Shown in pieces: positions 46,921 through 57,090 of a stretch of 64,000 nucleotides of DNA. Location of the stretch: NCBI RefSeq assembly GCF_004361065.1, contig NZ_SELT01000002.1, positions 177,714-241,713 on the forward strand, read 5' to 3'. Positions within the stretch are counted from its first letter, which is position 1, and the number at the start of each line of letters is the position of its first letter. The stretch is from Cognatilysobacter terrigena (GTDB lineage Bacteria > Pseudomonadota > Gammaproteobacteria > Xanthomonadales > Xanthomonadaceae). The position numbers were made by a program, and so were the translations under genes. Below the pieces are notes generated by a model that saw nothing but the letters and a program-made list of their open reading frames with translations, had not been told where the DNA came from and did no database searches.

Positions 46921-48801
46921 TCAGGCCGCAGCGCCGCGCAGCGCGCGAACCTGAGCTTCGAGCGCTTCGGCTGTCAGGCCCGTCCCATCGACCGGCAAGT
47001 CGGCGACCACGTCGACATGCGCGCGGAACCGGCGCGGCACGCGCGCGCGGCCGAGGCGTCCGTCGCGACGGCTCCACATGCTGGCCCACATGCCGCGCAG
47101 TGCCATCGGCACCACCGGCACCTGGCGGCGTTCGAGGATCTTCTCGACGCCCGACTTGAACGCCGCGATCTCGCCGTCCTTCGTCAGCCCGCCTTCCGGG
47201 AAGATGCCGACGAGTTCACCTTCGGCCAGCGCCGCATCGATCTCGTCGAACGCCTTCTGCATGAGCGCAGGATCTTCGCGCGCGCCGGCGATCGGAATCG
47301 CTTTCGCCGTCTTGAAGATCCAGCGCATGACCGGGACGTTGAAGATCCTGTAGTACATGACGAAGCGCACCGGCCGCGGAATCGTGCCGGCGAGGATCAG
47401 CGCGTCCATGTAACTCACGTGGTTGCAGACGATCAGCGCGGGGCCTTCGTCGGGAATCGCCTCGATGCCCTTCGCGCGTAGTTTGTAGAGCGAGCGGACG
47501 AGCACCCAGCTCATGAAGCGCATCGCGAACTCCGGCACGATGCTGAAGATCCACAGCATCACCAGCGCATTCGCAATTGCGAGAGCGAGGAACAGCTGCG
47601 GCACCGTCCAGTGCAGGTAGCGCTGCAATGCGATCGCGCCGAGCGCCGCGATCACGATGAACACCGAATTCTGGATGTTCATCGCCGCGATCACGCGCGA
47701 CAGCTCCGCCTTCGGTGTGCGGCTCTGGATCAGCGCGAACAGCGGCACAACGAAGATGCCGGCCGACAGGCCGACGCCCGCCAGCGCGATCGCGATGCGC
47801 CAGCCACCCGGTGCGGCGAGGAACTCGCGCAGCGACAGCCCCGTCGCCGGCGGCGCACCGGTGCGCGCGAAGTACAGGTCGAGCAGGAACGCCGTGATGC
47901 CGAACGCACCGACCGGCACTAAGCCGATTTCGACCGTGCGCGCCGACAGCTTCTCGCACAGCACCGACCCCACGCCCGTGCCCACCGAGAACAACGCGAG
48001 CGCGAACAAGTACAGCTTGCCGTTGCCGAGGTGGACGTCTGCATAAGCCGGCAGCTGCGATGTCAGCACCGTGCCGACGAACCAGAACCACGACACGCCG
48101 AGAATGGAGTTGCGCACCGCGAGCTGCTTGCGCGCCATCCGCAGGATGCGCAGCGATTCGGGGAAGGGATTGAAGCTGATGCGCAGGTCGGGCGCGTTCG
48201 CATCCGAATGCGGGATCGCGCGACAGACCACGTAGCCGAGCACCGCGAGCGCCAGCACGGCGCCCGCAGCGATCAATGGCGCCTGCGCATGACCTAGCGC
48301 GAAGATGCCGCCGCCGACGAGCATGCCGACGAGGATGGCGACCGACGTGCCCATCTCCACCAGTCCATTGCCGCCGGTGAGTTCGCGCGGCTCGAGCACG
48401 GCGGGCAGGATCGAATACTTCACCGGCCCGAACAGCGTCGCGTGTAGGCCGGTGAGGAACAGGGCGACCATCAGCACCGGCAGGCTCTTCATCGCGAAGC
48501 CCACCGCTGCCACCGCCATCACCGCGATGCCGAACAGGTTGATCGCGCGGATCAGCCGCGACTTCTCGTACTTCTCCGCGATCTGTCCCGCGAGCGCGGA
48601 GAACAGGAAAAACGGCACGATGAAGATCGCGGGCGCGAGGTTCGCGTACAGCGTGGTCTGCGCCGTGCCCACCGCGAGGAAGCCGAGCAGGCCGATGATC
48701 GCCTGGCGGTAGACGTTGTCGTTGAACGCGCCGATGGCTTGCGTGGCGAAGAAGGGCGCGAAGCGTCGCTGGCCCAGCAGTTCGAATTGGTTGTGCGCCA
48801 T
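46921..48801 (-). CDS. MFS transporter fused to a PlsC-type acyltransferase domain (LplT-Aas-like fusion)
   Basis: 626 aa; N-terminal ~400 aa 12-TM MFS. C-terminal domain with HX4D (CNHVSYMDAL) and FPEGG motifs of lysophospholipid acyltransferases. Confidence 0.8.
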   Translation of the reverse strand: MAHNQFELLGQRRFAPFFATQAIGAFNDNVYRQAIIGLLGFLAVGTAQTTLYANLAPAIFIVPFFLFSALAGQIAEKYEKSRLIRAINLFGIAVMAVAAVGFAMKSLPVLMVALFLTGLHATLFGPVKYSILPAVLEPRELTGGNGLVEMGTSVAILVGMLVGGGIFALGHAQAPLIAAGAVLALAVLGYVVCRAIPHSDANAPDLRISFNPFPESLRILRMARKQLAVRNSILGVSWFWFVGTVLTSQLPAYADVHLGNGKLYLFALALFSVGTGVGSVLCEKLSARTVEIGLVPVGAFGITAFLLDLYFARTGAPPATGLSLREFLAAPGGWRIAIALAGVGLSAGIFVVPLFALIQSRTPKAELSRVIAAMNIQNSVFIVIAALGAIALQRYLHWTVPQLFLALAIANALVMLWIFSIVPEFAMRFMSWVLVRSLYKLRAKGIEAIPDEGPALIVCNHVSYMDALILAGTIPRPVRFVMYYRIFNVPVMRWIFKTAKAIPIAGAREDPALMQKAFDEIDAALAEGELVGIFPEGGLTKDGEIAAFKSGVEKILERRQVPVVPMALRGMWASMWSRRDGRLGRARVPRRFRAHVDVVADLPVDGTGLTAEALEAQVRALRGAAA

Positions 48802-48914
48802 TGCGGCCTGTCTCCCCGGGACGTCGCGAATCTAGCAGAGCGGCCGCTTGATTCGCGGATGAAATGCCCGTCACGTGCGCGCTCCTAGCCTGCGACTCCG
48901 CGGCGCGGTGCCGC

Positions 48915-51353
48915 ATGGAGACGACGATGGCGGTGAAGAAGTCCAGCAGCGGCAAGAAGACGGCGAACGGCGCGAAGACGCGCACCACCGGCGGCAAGGC
49001 CGCGGCCCGCAAGACCGACAGCGGCAGCGCGAAGGGCCCGCCGCCCGGCACCGGCGATGCGCCGTCGGAAAAGATGGCGCAGACCCAGCAGGTCGCCGCA
49101 TCGATGCCGGTCAATCGCGCCAAGCCGTCGGAATTTGCGAAGCGCGGCGCGATTGCGGTGGCGGACGAAGGCGAGCACGTGGACATCGAGCCCATCGTCG
49201 GCGCGAGCACGCTCACCGAGGTCAATGTCAACGACAAGGCGGGTGCGCCGGCCAGCATCGGCGAGAACCCGACGGTCGACCCCCTCGATCGCGTGCGCGT
49301 GGATTCCACCGGGCAGCGGCTCACGACCAACCAGGGCGTGACGATCTCGGACAACCAGAATTCGCTGAAGGCGGGCCTGCGCGGGCCCGCGCTTCTGAAG
49401 GACTTCATCCTCCGCGAAAAGATCACGCACTTCGACCACGAGCGCATTCCCGAGCGCATCGTCCATGCGCGCGGCTCCGGCGCGCACGGCTTCTTCGAGT
49501 GCTACGAGCCGCTGACCGACCTCACGATCGCCGCACCGTTCCAGGCGGCGGGCAAGCGCACGCCGGTGTTCGTGCGCTTCTCCACCGTGGCGGGCGAGCG
49601 CGGCAGCAAGGACACCGCGCGCGACGTGCGCGGCTTCGCGGTGAAGTTCTATACCGACCAGGGCAACTGGGATCTCGTCGGCAACAACATCCCGGTGTTC
49701 TTCATCCAGGACGCGATGAAGTTCCCCGACCTCGTGCACGCGGTGAAGCCCGAGCCGCATCACCAGATGCCGCAGGCCGCGAGTGCGCACGACACCTTCT
49801 GGGACTTCGTGTCGCTGATGCCCGAGTCGACGCACATGCTGCTGTGGCAGATGAGCGATCGTGCGATCCCGCGCAGCTATCGCACCATGCAGGGCTTCGG
49901 CGTCCACACGTTCCGGCTGGTCAATGCCAAGGGACGCGCGGTGTTCGTCAAGTTCCACTGGACGCCCGTGCTCGGCACGCATTCGCTGGTGTGGGACGAG
50001 GCGGTCAAGATTTCGGGCGCGGATCCCGACTACCACCGTCGCGATCTGTGGGAAGCCATCGAAGCCGGCCAGTACCCCGAGTACGAACTCGGTCTGCAGG
50101 TGTTCACTGAAGAGCAGGCGGAAGACTTCAGCTTCGACGTGCTCGACGCGACCAAGATCGTGCCCGAAGAACTCGTGCCCGTGCGCCCCGTCGGCCGTCT
50201 GGTGCTCGATCGCAATCCCGACAACTTCTTCGCCGAGACCGAACAGGTCGCGTTCTGCACCGCGCACGTCGTGCCCGGCATCGACTTCACCAACGATCCG
50301 CTGCTCGCCGGTCGCATCCATTCCTACGTCGATACGCAACTCACGCGACTCGGCGGGCCGAACTTCCACGAGATCCCGATCAACGCGCCGATCGCACCGG
50401 TGCACAACAACCAGCGCGATGGCTTCCATCGCCAGGCGATCAATCGCGGTCGTGTGTCGTACGAACCCAACAGCCTCGCGGGCGGTTGCCCGGTCCAGGC
50501 GGGCGCCGCGGGTTTCATCGCGTTCCCCGAGCCGGTCGAAGCCAACGAAGTGCGCGGCAAGCCCGAGAAGTTCGCCGAGCACTACAACCAGGCGCGGCTG
50601 TTCTTCGACAGCCAGACACCGATCGAACAGGCGCACATCATCGCGGCGTTCCGCTTCGAGCTGTCGAAGGTGACGGTGCCGGCGATTCGCGAGCGCGTCG
50701 TGTCGATGCTCGCCAACGTGTCCGATGCGCTCGCGAGTGGCGTCGCGCAGGGCCTCGGGATGGACGTGCCCGCGCCGATGCCGCCGCTGCTGGCGAAAGC
50801 GCCGAAGCCCGAAGTCGTGTCGTCCGATGCGCTGTCGCTGCTCGCGCGGCCGGGCGACGGCAGCATCCGCACGCGACAGATCGCGCTCGTCGTCGCCGAC
50901 GGCGTGGACGGCGAGGCCGTGTCGGCCCTGCAGGCCGGCCTGCTCGCGGAAGGCGCCGTGCCGCGTCTCGTCGGCCCGCGCATCGGGCCGGTGCGCACGG
51001 CGGACGGCAGCACGCTCGACGCCGATGCGTCGCTCGAGAACGAACCCGCGTTCCTGTTCGACGCCATCGTGTTGCCGGACGGTGCCGCAGCGGTCGACAC
51101 GCTGCTCGCGAACGGCCGCACGCTCGAAGGCCTCAAGGACCAGTACCGCCACTGCAAGACCATCCTCGCGCTCGGTGACGCACGCCGACTGATCGACGCC
51201 GCGGGTCTGCCGACCGAACTGCCCGACGGCACGCCGGATCCGGGCCTGTTGCTGATGGACAGCGGTGACGCCGACGCCGCGCTCGAGGCCTTCGTCGAAG
51301 CGGTTGCGATGCATCGTCATTGGGACCGCGAGACCGATCCGCCGCGCGTCTGA
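48915..51353 (+). CDS. katE: Catalase HPII (large-subunit, clade 2)
   Basis: [33 protein letters not shown], ...FDHERIPER...; C-terminal flavodoxin-like extension gives >750 aa. Start is uncertain between 48864, 48915 and 48927. Confidence 0.9.
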   Translation: METTMAVKKSSSGKKTANGAKTRTTGGKAAARKTDSGSAKGPPPGTGDAPSEKMAQTQQVAASMPVNRAKPSEFAKRGAIAVADEGEHVDIEPIVGASTLTEVNVNDKAGAPASIGENPTVDPLDRVRVDSTGQRLTTNQGVTISDNQNSLKAGLRGPALLKDFILREKITHFDHERIPERIVHARGSGAHGFFECYEPLTDLTIAAPFQAAGKRTPVFVRFSTVAGERGSKDTARDVRGFAVKFYTDQGNWDLVGNNIPVFFIQDAMKFPDLVHAVKPEPHHQMPQAASAHDTFWDFVSLMPESTHMLLWQMSDRAIPRSYRTMQGFGVHTFRLVNAKGRAVFVKFHWTPVLGTHSLVWDEAVKISGADPDYHRRDLWEAIEAGQYPEYELGLQVFTEEQAEDFSFDVLDATKIVPEELVPVRPVGRLVLDRNPDNFFAETEQVAFCTAHVVPGIDFTNDPLLAGRIHSYVDTQLTRLGGPNFHEIPINAPIAPVHNNQRDGFHRQAINRGRVSYEPNSLAGGCPVQAGAAGFIAFPEPVEANEVRGKPEKFAEHYNQARLFFDSQTPIEQAHIIAAFRFELSKVTVPAIRERVVSMLANVSDALASGVAQGLGMDVPAPMPPLLAKAPKPEVVSSDALSLLARPGDGSIRTRQIALVVADGVDGEAVSALQAGLLAEGAVPRLVGPRIGPVRTADGSTLDADASLENEPAFLFDAIVLPDGAAAVDTLLANGRTLEGLKDQYRHCKTILALGDARRLIDAAGLPTELPDGTPDPGLLLMDSGDADAALEAFVEAVAMHRHWDRETDPPRV

Positions 51354-51506
51354 CGGAACGCGGTCCGCGCGGGCGGGCCGATGTCCCTCGATGTGCCCGT
51401 GACCACGTCCCCCGCGGCGTGGCACGGGCCGATGGGCGGCGCCCGCTGCTGCCTCGCAGGCACGGATGATCCGTGGCGCGCCATCGCGCGCGACGGGGGA
51501 TCTCCG

Positions 51507-51911
51507 ATGAAGGGCATGCTGTTCCTGCGCACGGGCGTCGTGCTGCTGCTCGTGGGCATCGTCATGGGCATGGTGATGGGCGGACGCCACGACTTCACCT
51601 ATGCACCGGTGCACGCGCACCTGAATCTCGTCGGCGGCGTGCTGATGATGGTCGCCGGCCTGTTCTACAACGCACGTCCCGACCTCGCCGGCCGGCTCGT
51701 CACCGCGCACTACGTGTCGCATGCGCTCGGTGGCGTGCTGCTGCCGATCGGCATCTACGGGTCGATCGCGGGCACGGCGTGGGCCGGCCCGGTGGTCGGA
51801 AGCGGCTCGGTACTCGCGCTACTCGCCCTGCTGCTGTTCGCGATCAACCTCTTCCGGCGCGCGCCGGCCAGCGTGACGGCCGCTGCACTCGACAGTGCGA
51901 GCGCTCCCTGA
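51507..51911 (+). CDS. Hypothetical small membrane protein
   Basis: 134 aa, four hydrophobic helices; start chosen at MKGMLFL. Confidence 0.4.
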   Translation: MKGMLFLRTGVVLLLVGIVMGMVMGGRHDFTYAPVHAHLNLVGGVLMMVAGLFYNARPDLAGRLVTAHYVSHALGGVLLPIGIYGSIAGTAWAGPVVGSGSVLALLALLLFAINLFRRAPASVTAAALDSASAP

Positions 51912-51961
51912 ACAGGCGCAGCTCACGCGGCCTGCACCGGGCGACGGGTGACCCTACGCCC

Positions 51962-52243
51962 ATGCGCTTTCTCGACGCCGAGCTCCACCCCATCGCCGCC
52001 TCCGACGCGGTGTCGCCGCTCGTGACCGCCGCGGCGATCAGCGGCATGACCGCATTGATGGGCCTCGCGCTCGGCAGCGGCATCGCGATCGCGCTGCAGC
52101 TGTTCCCGGGCGTTTTCCTCGGTGCGCTGCTCGCGCAGGCCGGCGTGTCGCCGCTGCGCACGCCATGGGCGATGGCCGCCTGCACGCCGCTGATCGGGCT
52201 GCTGATCGCCGGCAGCGCGCAGCTCGCCGAACTGATCGCCTGA
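51962..52243 (+). CDS. Hypothetical small membrane protein
   Basis: 93 aa, two or three hydrophobic helices. Confidence 0.35.
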   Translation: MRFLDAELHPIAASDAVSPLVTAAAISGMTALMGLALGSGIAIALQLFPGVFLGALLAQAGVSPLRTPWAMAACTPLIGLLIAGSAQLAELIA

Positions 52244-52252
52244 CGCGTCGAG

Positions 52253-52732
52253 TCAGGGTGTCGGCGCGGCCGGTGGCGGACGTCGCGCCAGCCAGCGATC
52301 AACGCCCGCTGCGAACGTCTGCCGATCGCGCGCATGGAACGGCGCGGGCCCGCCCGTCTGCACACCCGAACCGCGCAGCTCGTCCATGAAGTTGCGGATC
52401 GACAGCCGCTCGGAAATCGTGTCCTTCGTGTACGGCTCGCCGCGCGGGTTGATCGCGGTCGCACCCGCTTCGATCACCTTCGCCGCGAGCGGGATGTCCT
52501 GCGTCACCACCAGGTCGCCGGCACGCACGTGCGCCGCGATCTCGTCATCGGCCACGTCCGGCCCCTGCGGCACCTGGATCGCGCGCAGCCACGGCGACGT
52601 CGGCAACTTGATCCACTGGTTCGCGACGAAGATCGTCTCGACCTTCGCCCGGTTCGCAGCCCGCACGAGGATGTCGCGGATCACGCCCGGGCAGGCGTCC
52701 GCGTCGACCCAGATGCGCGTCGCCTCGCTCAC
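52253..52732 (-). CDS. yaiI: YaiI/YqgE-like UPF0178 (DUF188) protein
   Basis: IWVDADACPGVIRDILVRAA...ETIFVANQ...LVVTQDIPLAA matches the YaiI family. Confidence 0.75.
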   Translation of the reverse strand: MSEATRIWVDADACPGVIRDILVRAANRAKVETIFVANQWIKLPTSPWLRAIQVPQGPDVADDEIAAHVRAGDLVVTQDIPLAAKVIEAGATAINPRGEPYTKDTISERLSIRNFMDELRGSGVQTGGPAPFHARDRQTFAAGVDRWLARRPPPAAPTP

Positions 52733-54114
52733 AGGCGACGCACGCGAAAGCGCTTGGCCTTGATGCGGCCTTCCTGCAGGCGCGACAGCGCGCGCGCGAC
52801 GTCCTCGCGACGCACCGCGACATAACTGCGCGTCGGAAACACATCGATCTTCCCGATCGCGGTGGCGGGCAGGCCCGCCTCACCGGTGAGCGCGCCGACG
52901 ATGTCGCCGGGGCGCAGCTTGTCGGTGCGACCGCCGTCGATGCGCAGCGTGCGCATGGCCGCATGCCGGCCGACGCCATTGCGCAGCGGCGCGAGCGTCG
53001 GCTTGCGCAGCACGGCCTCGATGCCGAGCGCGGTTTCGATCGCCGCCAGGCGCGAACGTTCGCGGCCCGTGCACAGCGTCAGGGCGACGCCGCCACGCCC
53101 CGCGCGCCCGGTGCGGCCGATGCGATGCGTGTACGTATCGGCGTCGCTCGGCACGTCGTAATTGACGACCAGGCCGAGATCCTCGATGTCCAGCCCGCGC
53201 GCGGCGACGTCGCTGGCCACCAGCACGTCGCAACTGCCGTTGGCGAAGCGCACCAGCACTTCCTCGCGGTCGCGCTGTTCCAGATCGCCGTGGAGCGCGA
53301 GCGCATCGAAGCCCAGGTGCGCGAGCGACGACGCGACTTCATCCGCATCGCGCCGCATGTTGCAGAACACCACCGCGCGGCCGTCGTGGTGCGCGAGCAG
53401 CGCACCGGCGAGCGCAGCCGTCTTCTGCGCGGGTTCCACCTCGACGAACCGCTGCTCGATCGCCGGCTGGTCGACGTGCGCCTCGACGCTCACCTCCACC
53501 GGCTCGCGCATCGTCGCCTGCGCCACCGCGCGGATCGCGTCGGGGAACGTCGCCGAGAACAGCAGCGTCTGCCGCGTGCGCGGCGTCGCCGCGACGATCT
53601 CGCGGATCTGTTCCTCGAAGCCCATGTCGAGCATGCGGTCGGCTTCGTCGAGCACCAGCACGCGCACGTCGCGCAGCTTCAGCGCCTTCTTGCGCAGCAG
53701 CTCCTGCACGCGGCCGGGCGTGCCGACGATCACGTGCGGCGCGTGCTGATCCAGCGACGCCAGCTGCGGCGCCAGTGCCACGCCGCCGGTGAGCGTGAGC
53801 AGCTTGAGGTTGGGCACGCCCGTCGCGAGCTTGCGCACCTGCCGCGCCACCTGCTCGGCCAGCTCGCGCGTGGGGCAGAGCACCAGCGCCTGCACCTCGA
53901 TGCGCGACGCGTCGATGCGGTGCAGCAACCCGAGCCCGAACGCGACCGTCTTGCCGCTGCCCGTCGGCGCTTGCGCGATCACATCGCGCCCCTCGATCAG
54001 CGCCGGCAGGCTCTGCGCCTGCACGGGCGTCATCTGCACGTGGCCGAGGGCGTCGAGGCCGGCGAAGAGGGCGGGGTCGAGGGGGAGATCGGTGAATTCG
54101 AGGGGGGAGGTCAT
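52729..54114 (-). CDS. dbpA: ATP-dependent RNA helicase DbpA (DEAD-box with C-terminal 23S rRNA-binding domain)
   Basis: Q-motif/Walker A AQAPTGSGKT, DEAD (VLDEADRM), SAT, HRIGRTGRAG. C-terminal DbpA RRM-like domain (GDIVGALTGEAGLPATAIGKIDVFP). Confidence 0.9.
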   Translation of the reverse strand: MTSPLEFTDLPLDPALFAGLDALGHVQMTPVQAQSLPALIEGRDVIAQAPTGSGKTVAFGLGLLHRIDASRIEVQALVLCPTRELAEQVARQVRKLATGVPNLKLLTLTGGVALAPQLASLDQHAPHVIVGTPGRVQELLRKKALKLRDVRVLVLDEADRMLDMGFEEQIREIVAATPRTRQTLLFSATFPDAIRAVAQATMREPVEVSVEAHVDQPAIEQRFVEVEPAQKTAALAGALLAHHDGRAVVFCNMRRDADEVASSLAHLGFDALALHGDLEQRDREEVLVRFANGSCDVLVASDVAARGLDIEDLGLVVNYDVPSDADTYTHRIGRTGRAGRGGVALTLCTGRERSRLAAIETALGIEAVLRKPTLAPLRNGVGRHAAMRTLRIDGGRTDKLRPGDIVGALTGEAGLPATAIGKIDVFPTRSYVAVRREDVARALSRLQEGRIKAKRFRVRRL

Positions 54115-54585
54115 GCGACATGTTAGCGGGCGGGCCCTAGTATCCACGCTGCGCGCGCTGCTCAGTTGTACTAGCCGAGCAGGGCCTCGAGCAGCTATCG
54201 GACATCGACTGCGTTTGGTTAGAGCCCGGTGCTCGAACCGACGCCACAAAGCGGCTTAGCGGCCGCGGTCATAGGGCGAAGAATTCGGATCTTCCGTTCG
54301 GCCTGCCGGTGCTGCAAGCCGCCTCGATACACTCCGCTTGCCCGAGAACCGCCCGTGAACTCGCATCCAAGTCTGAGATCGCATCGACACGACTATTTGT
54401 GGCGCCTCGCATGGCACCTGGCTACGAAGTGCGAGCTCGAGTCGTGCAGCCCGCCAAGTCGGTATCCGCGCGCATGCTCGACGACGCGTGACACTAGTCG
54501 AATAAGGCGGCTAAACAATTAGCCACGCGGTAAGCTGATCAGCAAATATCCTTCTCTCCGTCAAACGGTATTCATTGGGTGTGTT

Positions 54586-55773
54586 GTGCCTAGATCGAAG
54601 TCAACAGTAGCAACGCGTCGTGCATATGTCATTACGAGCACGAGCGAGGCCAAATGCGTTGCTACCAACTGGCTGGGTGAGTTCCAGTTGAGCCAAATCA
54701 CAAGGTATGGCTTGCCGGAAGTTGACGACCGGTACCACGTGTGGCGGGTCCCTCTTAAGAAGCAACGGGGATCCGAAGTGTTAGGTGAGATTGTCATCGA
54801 TGCATACACGGGCGAGGTCATCGTCGACAAGACCACACGGCCTGAAATTATTGAGGCCCGCCTGCTGAAGAAGGCCGAGGCTGCCGCTTCGAGCGGAAGG
54901 AGTAAAGCGACGTACGAGGTTTCGCAGCTGCGAAACACCATCGGGCTAGGTGACTGCGTTGAGTTGATGGCGGGAATGCCAGCTGAGTCGGTCGACCTGG
55001 TCTTCACTTCGCCGCCCTACTTCAACGCTCGTCCTCAGTACAGCGAATATGACGAGTACCAAAGCTACTTGCTCTTCATGAAGTCAGTCATTCGAGCGGC
55101 AGAGCGCGTCCTTAGAGAAGGTCGCTTTTTTGTCATGAATACCTCGCCCGTTCTGCTTCGGCGGGCGAGCCGTAACGAATCTTCGAAGCGGATTGCAGTT
55201 CCCTTCGATCTGCATGGTCTATTCATAGAGTGCGGCTTCGAATTCGTCGACGACATCATCTGGGTGAAACCCGAGGGCGCGGGATGGGCCACTGGACGCG
55301 GCCGGCGTTTTGCGGCCGATCGTAATCCGCTGCAGTACAAGGCTGTGCCGGTCACCGAGTATGTGCTGGTGTACCGGAAAAAGAGTCAGCGACTGATTGA
55401 CTGGCATATTCGCAATCACCCGGACCGTGATCTGGTCGCCGCATCGAAGATTGGGGACGGATATGAGAAGACGAACGTCTGGCGCATACAACCGAATACG
55501 CGCTCGCCACATCCTGCTCCCTTTCCTATGGAGCTGGCGGAGAAGGTAATTCGCTACTATTCATTCAAGGGAGACGTTGTGCTCGACCCGTTTGCTGGCA
55601 GCGGGACATCGGGTGCGGCCGCAGTGAAGTTGGATCGACGCTTCGTTCTCTTTGATAACAACGAAAAGTACGCAACGTGGATACGCGATAGCGCGCAACA
55701 GTGGCTTGGCAAGCGGTTTAAAGAAGTGCTTCTGCTCAACATTACATCGCCCGCTTCAGAAGGACTGATCTGA
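54586..55773 (+). CDS. Beta-class DNA methyltransferase (N4-cytosine or N6-adenine) of a type II R-M system
   Basis: Motif IV TSPPY (aa ~143) precedes motif I DPFAGSGTSG (aa ~327), i.e. beta-class order. Lies in an AT-richer segment. Confidence 0.85.
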   Translation: MPRSKSTVATRRAYVITSTSEAKCVATNWLGEFQLSQITRYGLPEVDDRYHVWRVPLKKQRGSEVLGEIVIDAYTGEVIVDKTTRPEIIEARLLKKAEAAASSGRSKATYEVSQLRNTIGLGDCVELMAGMPAESVDLVFTSPPYFNARPQYSEYDEYQSYLLFMKSVIRAAERVLREGRFFVMNTSPVLLRRASRNESSKRIAVPFDLHGLFIECGFEFVDDIIWVKPEGAGWATGRGRRFAADRNPLQYKAVPVTEYVLVYRKKSQRLIDWHIRNHPDRDLVAASKIGDGYEKTNVWRIQPNTRSPHPAPFPMELAEKVIRYYSFKGDVVLDPFAGSGTSGAAAVKLDRRFVLFDNNEKYATWIRDSAQQWLGKRFKEVLLLNITSPASEGLI

Positions 55774-56897
55774 TGACCGAGTTGTTGGAGGCATTTCCCT
55801 CGTCCGCCGTTGCTCTCTTATCTGGGTCGGGGCGTGAGTTCATTAAGCGCATCGGTCAGGAGGCGGCGCGCGAGGCGGTGGCTGGCATCCTAAAGGGAGA
55901 GAACGTTCGAACTCAGACAGAGTTCCTTACGCGAGCCCGAATTACTCAACTCAATGCTGCACTCGTGGCTCAATTTGTCAGTCTGCACGACGGCGCGGAT
56001 GATTTTTCCGAACGATTCTTCGATGCGGCAAGGGACGCCATCGCGAAGAAGAATCGTACCCATCCGGCTTACATCACTGCCCAATGGTTTCTCGGGCTAA
56101 CTAACAAGTCGGTTCAGAACGTCTTGCGTGGTAGCTCCGATAACTTGGAGCAGTATGTAGCCCGACTTGATGAGGTGCTGGCGGAGTCGGCCTTAAAGGT
56201 CGAACAGTCGCTAGGCGAATACGCATTTACGATCTGGCGTGAGGGCGCCGAAGTCACGTTCGATTGGACTGATTTTGTTCGCTTGAGTACTGCGATCGGC
56301 GCTCAGACGTTGAGCGTACGGGGGTCAGACAAGTCGATGTACGGGAAGCTCTTCGAACGCCTAGTTTTAGGCAGTGCATTGACGCTACTTGGGTTCACGC
56401 TAGTGCCGCGGGGAGAAAAGAAGAGCGTGACGCGGGCGGGAGCGTTCTGGCTGTCCGATAGTGCAGACACGCGCGAGTGCGATGCGACCGCCGTAGTGGC
56501 TCCAGGTAAAATTGTCCGTTTCGACATCGGTTTCATCGGACCTGGAAATTCGGAGATATCAAAAGACAAGCTGTCGCGGTTCACGGCCGAGATTAATCAA
56601 CAGGGCAAGAAGACGTACTCGAAGACAATCATCGTCGTGGATCGCTTGCCCCGGACGAACAAGACTCTGGACGCTGCTGCCGCGCTGAACGCGGATATCG
56701 TGCAGATGAGTATGAAGTTCTGGCCAATTGAGCTAGCGCAAAAGCTTCAAATGCAGGGATGGTCAAGTACGCTTGCGGGCATATCGGAGGCACGCGTTTC
56801 CGACTGGATTGATCGGAAGATGGACTCGATGAACCTGCTTCCCTTTATCGGAGACCTGTCCGTTAACGCGGCTGAGGAAGCGGACTCGGACGAGTAG
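55773..56897 (+). CDS. Putative cognate type II restriction endonuclease (no recognisable family)
   Basis: 374-aa ORF whose ATG overlaps the methyltransferase stop (TGATG). Same AT-richer composition. No confident catalytic motif seen. Confidence 0.5.
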   Translation: MTELLEAFPSSAVALLSGSGREFIKRIGQEAAREAVAGILKGENVRTQTEFLTRARITQLNAALVAQFVSLHDGADDFSERFFDAARDAIAKKNRTHPAYITAQWFLGLTNKSVQNVLRGSSDNLEQYVARLDEVLAESALKVEQSLGEYAFTIWREGAEVTFDWTDFVRLSTAIGAQTLSVRGSDKSMYGKLFERLVLGSALTLLGFTLVPRGEKKSVTRAGAFWLSDSADTRECDATAVVAPGKIVRFDIGFIGPGNSEISKDKLSRFTAEINQQGKKTYSKTIIVVDRLPRTNKTLDAAAALNADIVQMSMKFWPIELAQKLQMQGWSSTLAGISEARVSDWIDRKMDSMNLLPFIGDLSVNAAEEADSDE

Positions 56898-57090
56898 GTT
56901 GCTATGCATTCCATCACGTTGCGATCTCGATGTTCGTGGACGTGCCCGCGTCGAAGCTCCGTATGAGACGAAATGGAGATGTCATGACAGGGCGCGCAGA
57001 GTTGCGCCAAAAAGAACGTCGATTAGTCATGGATCTTGTCGCTGAGCAGGCCTCGCTGATAAGCCTCCGGCCACCGCGGTAACCTGGATC

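Noticed and set aside
47216-49459. 747-aa minus-strand ORF spanning the 3' end of the MFS gene and the 5' end of katE
   Set aside because: Crosses a divergent intergenic region and two well-supported genes in the wrong frames.
48885-51722. 945-aa minus-strand ORF
   Set aside because: Antisense to katE; shadow frame.
54205-54245. tRNA-like fragment (TTGGTTAGAGC...CTCGAACCGAC) that could mark an island att site
   Set aside because: It cannot be folded into D- or T-arms and shares only short generic tRNA words (GGTTAGAGC, TCGAACC) with the real tRNA-Met. It is not a direct repeat of any tRNA 3' end in the window.
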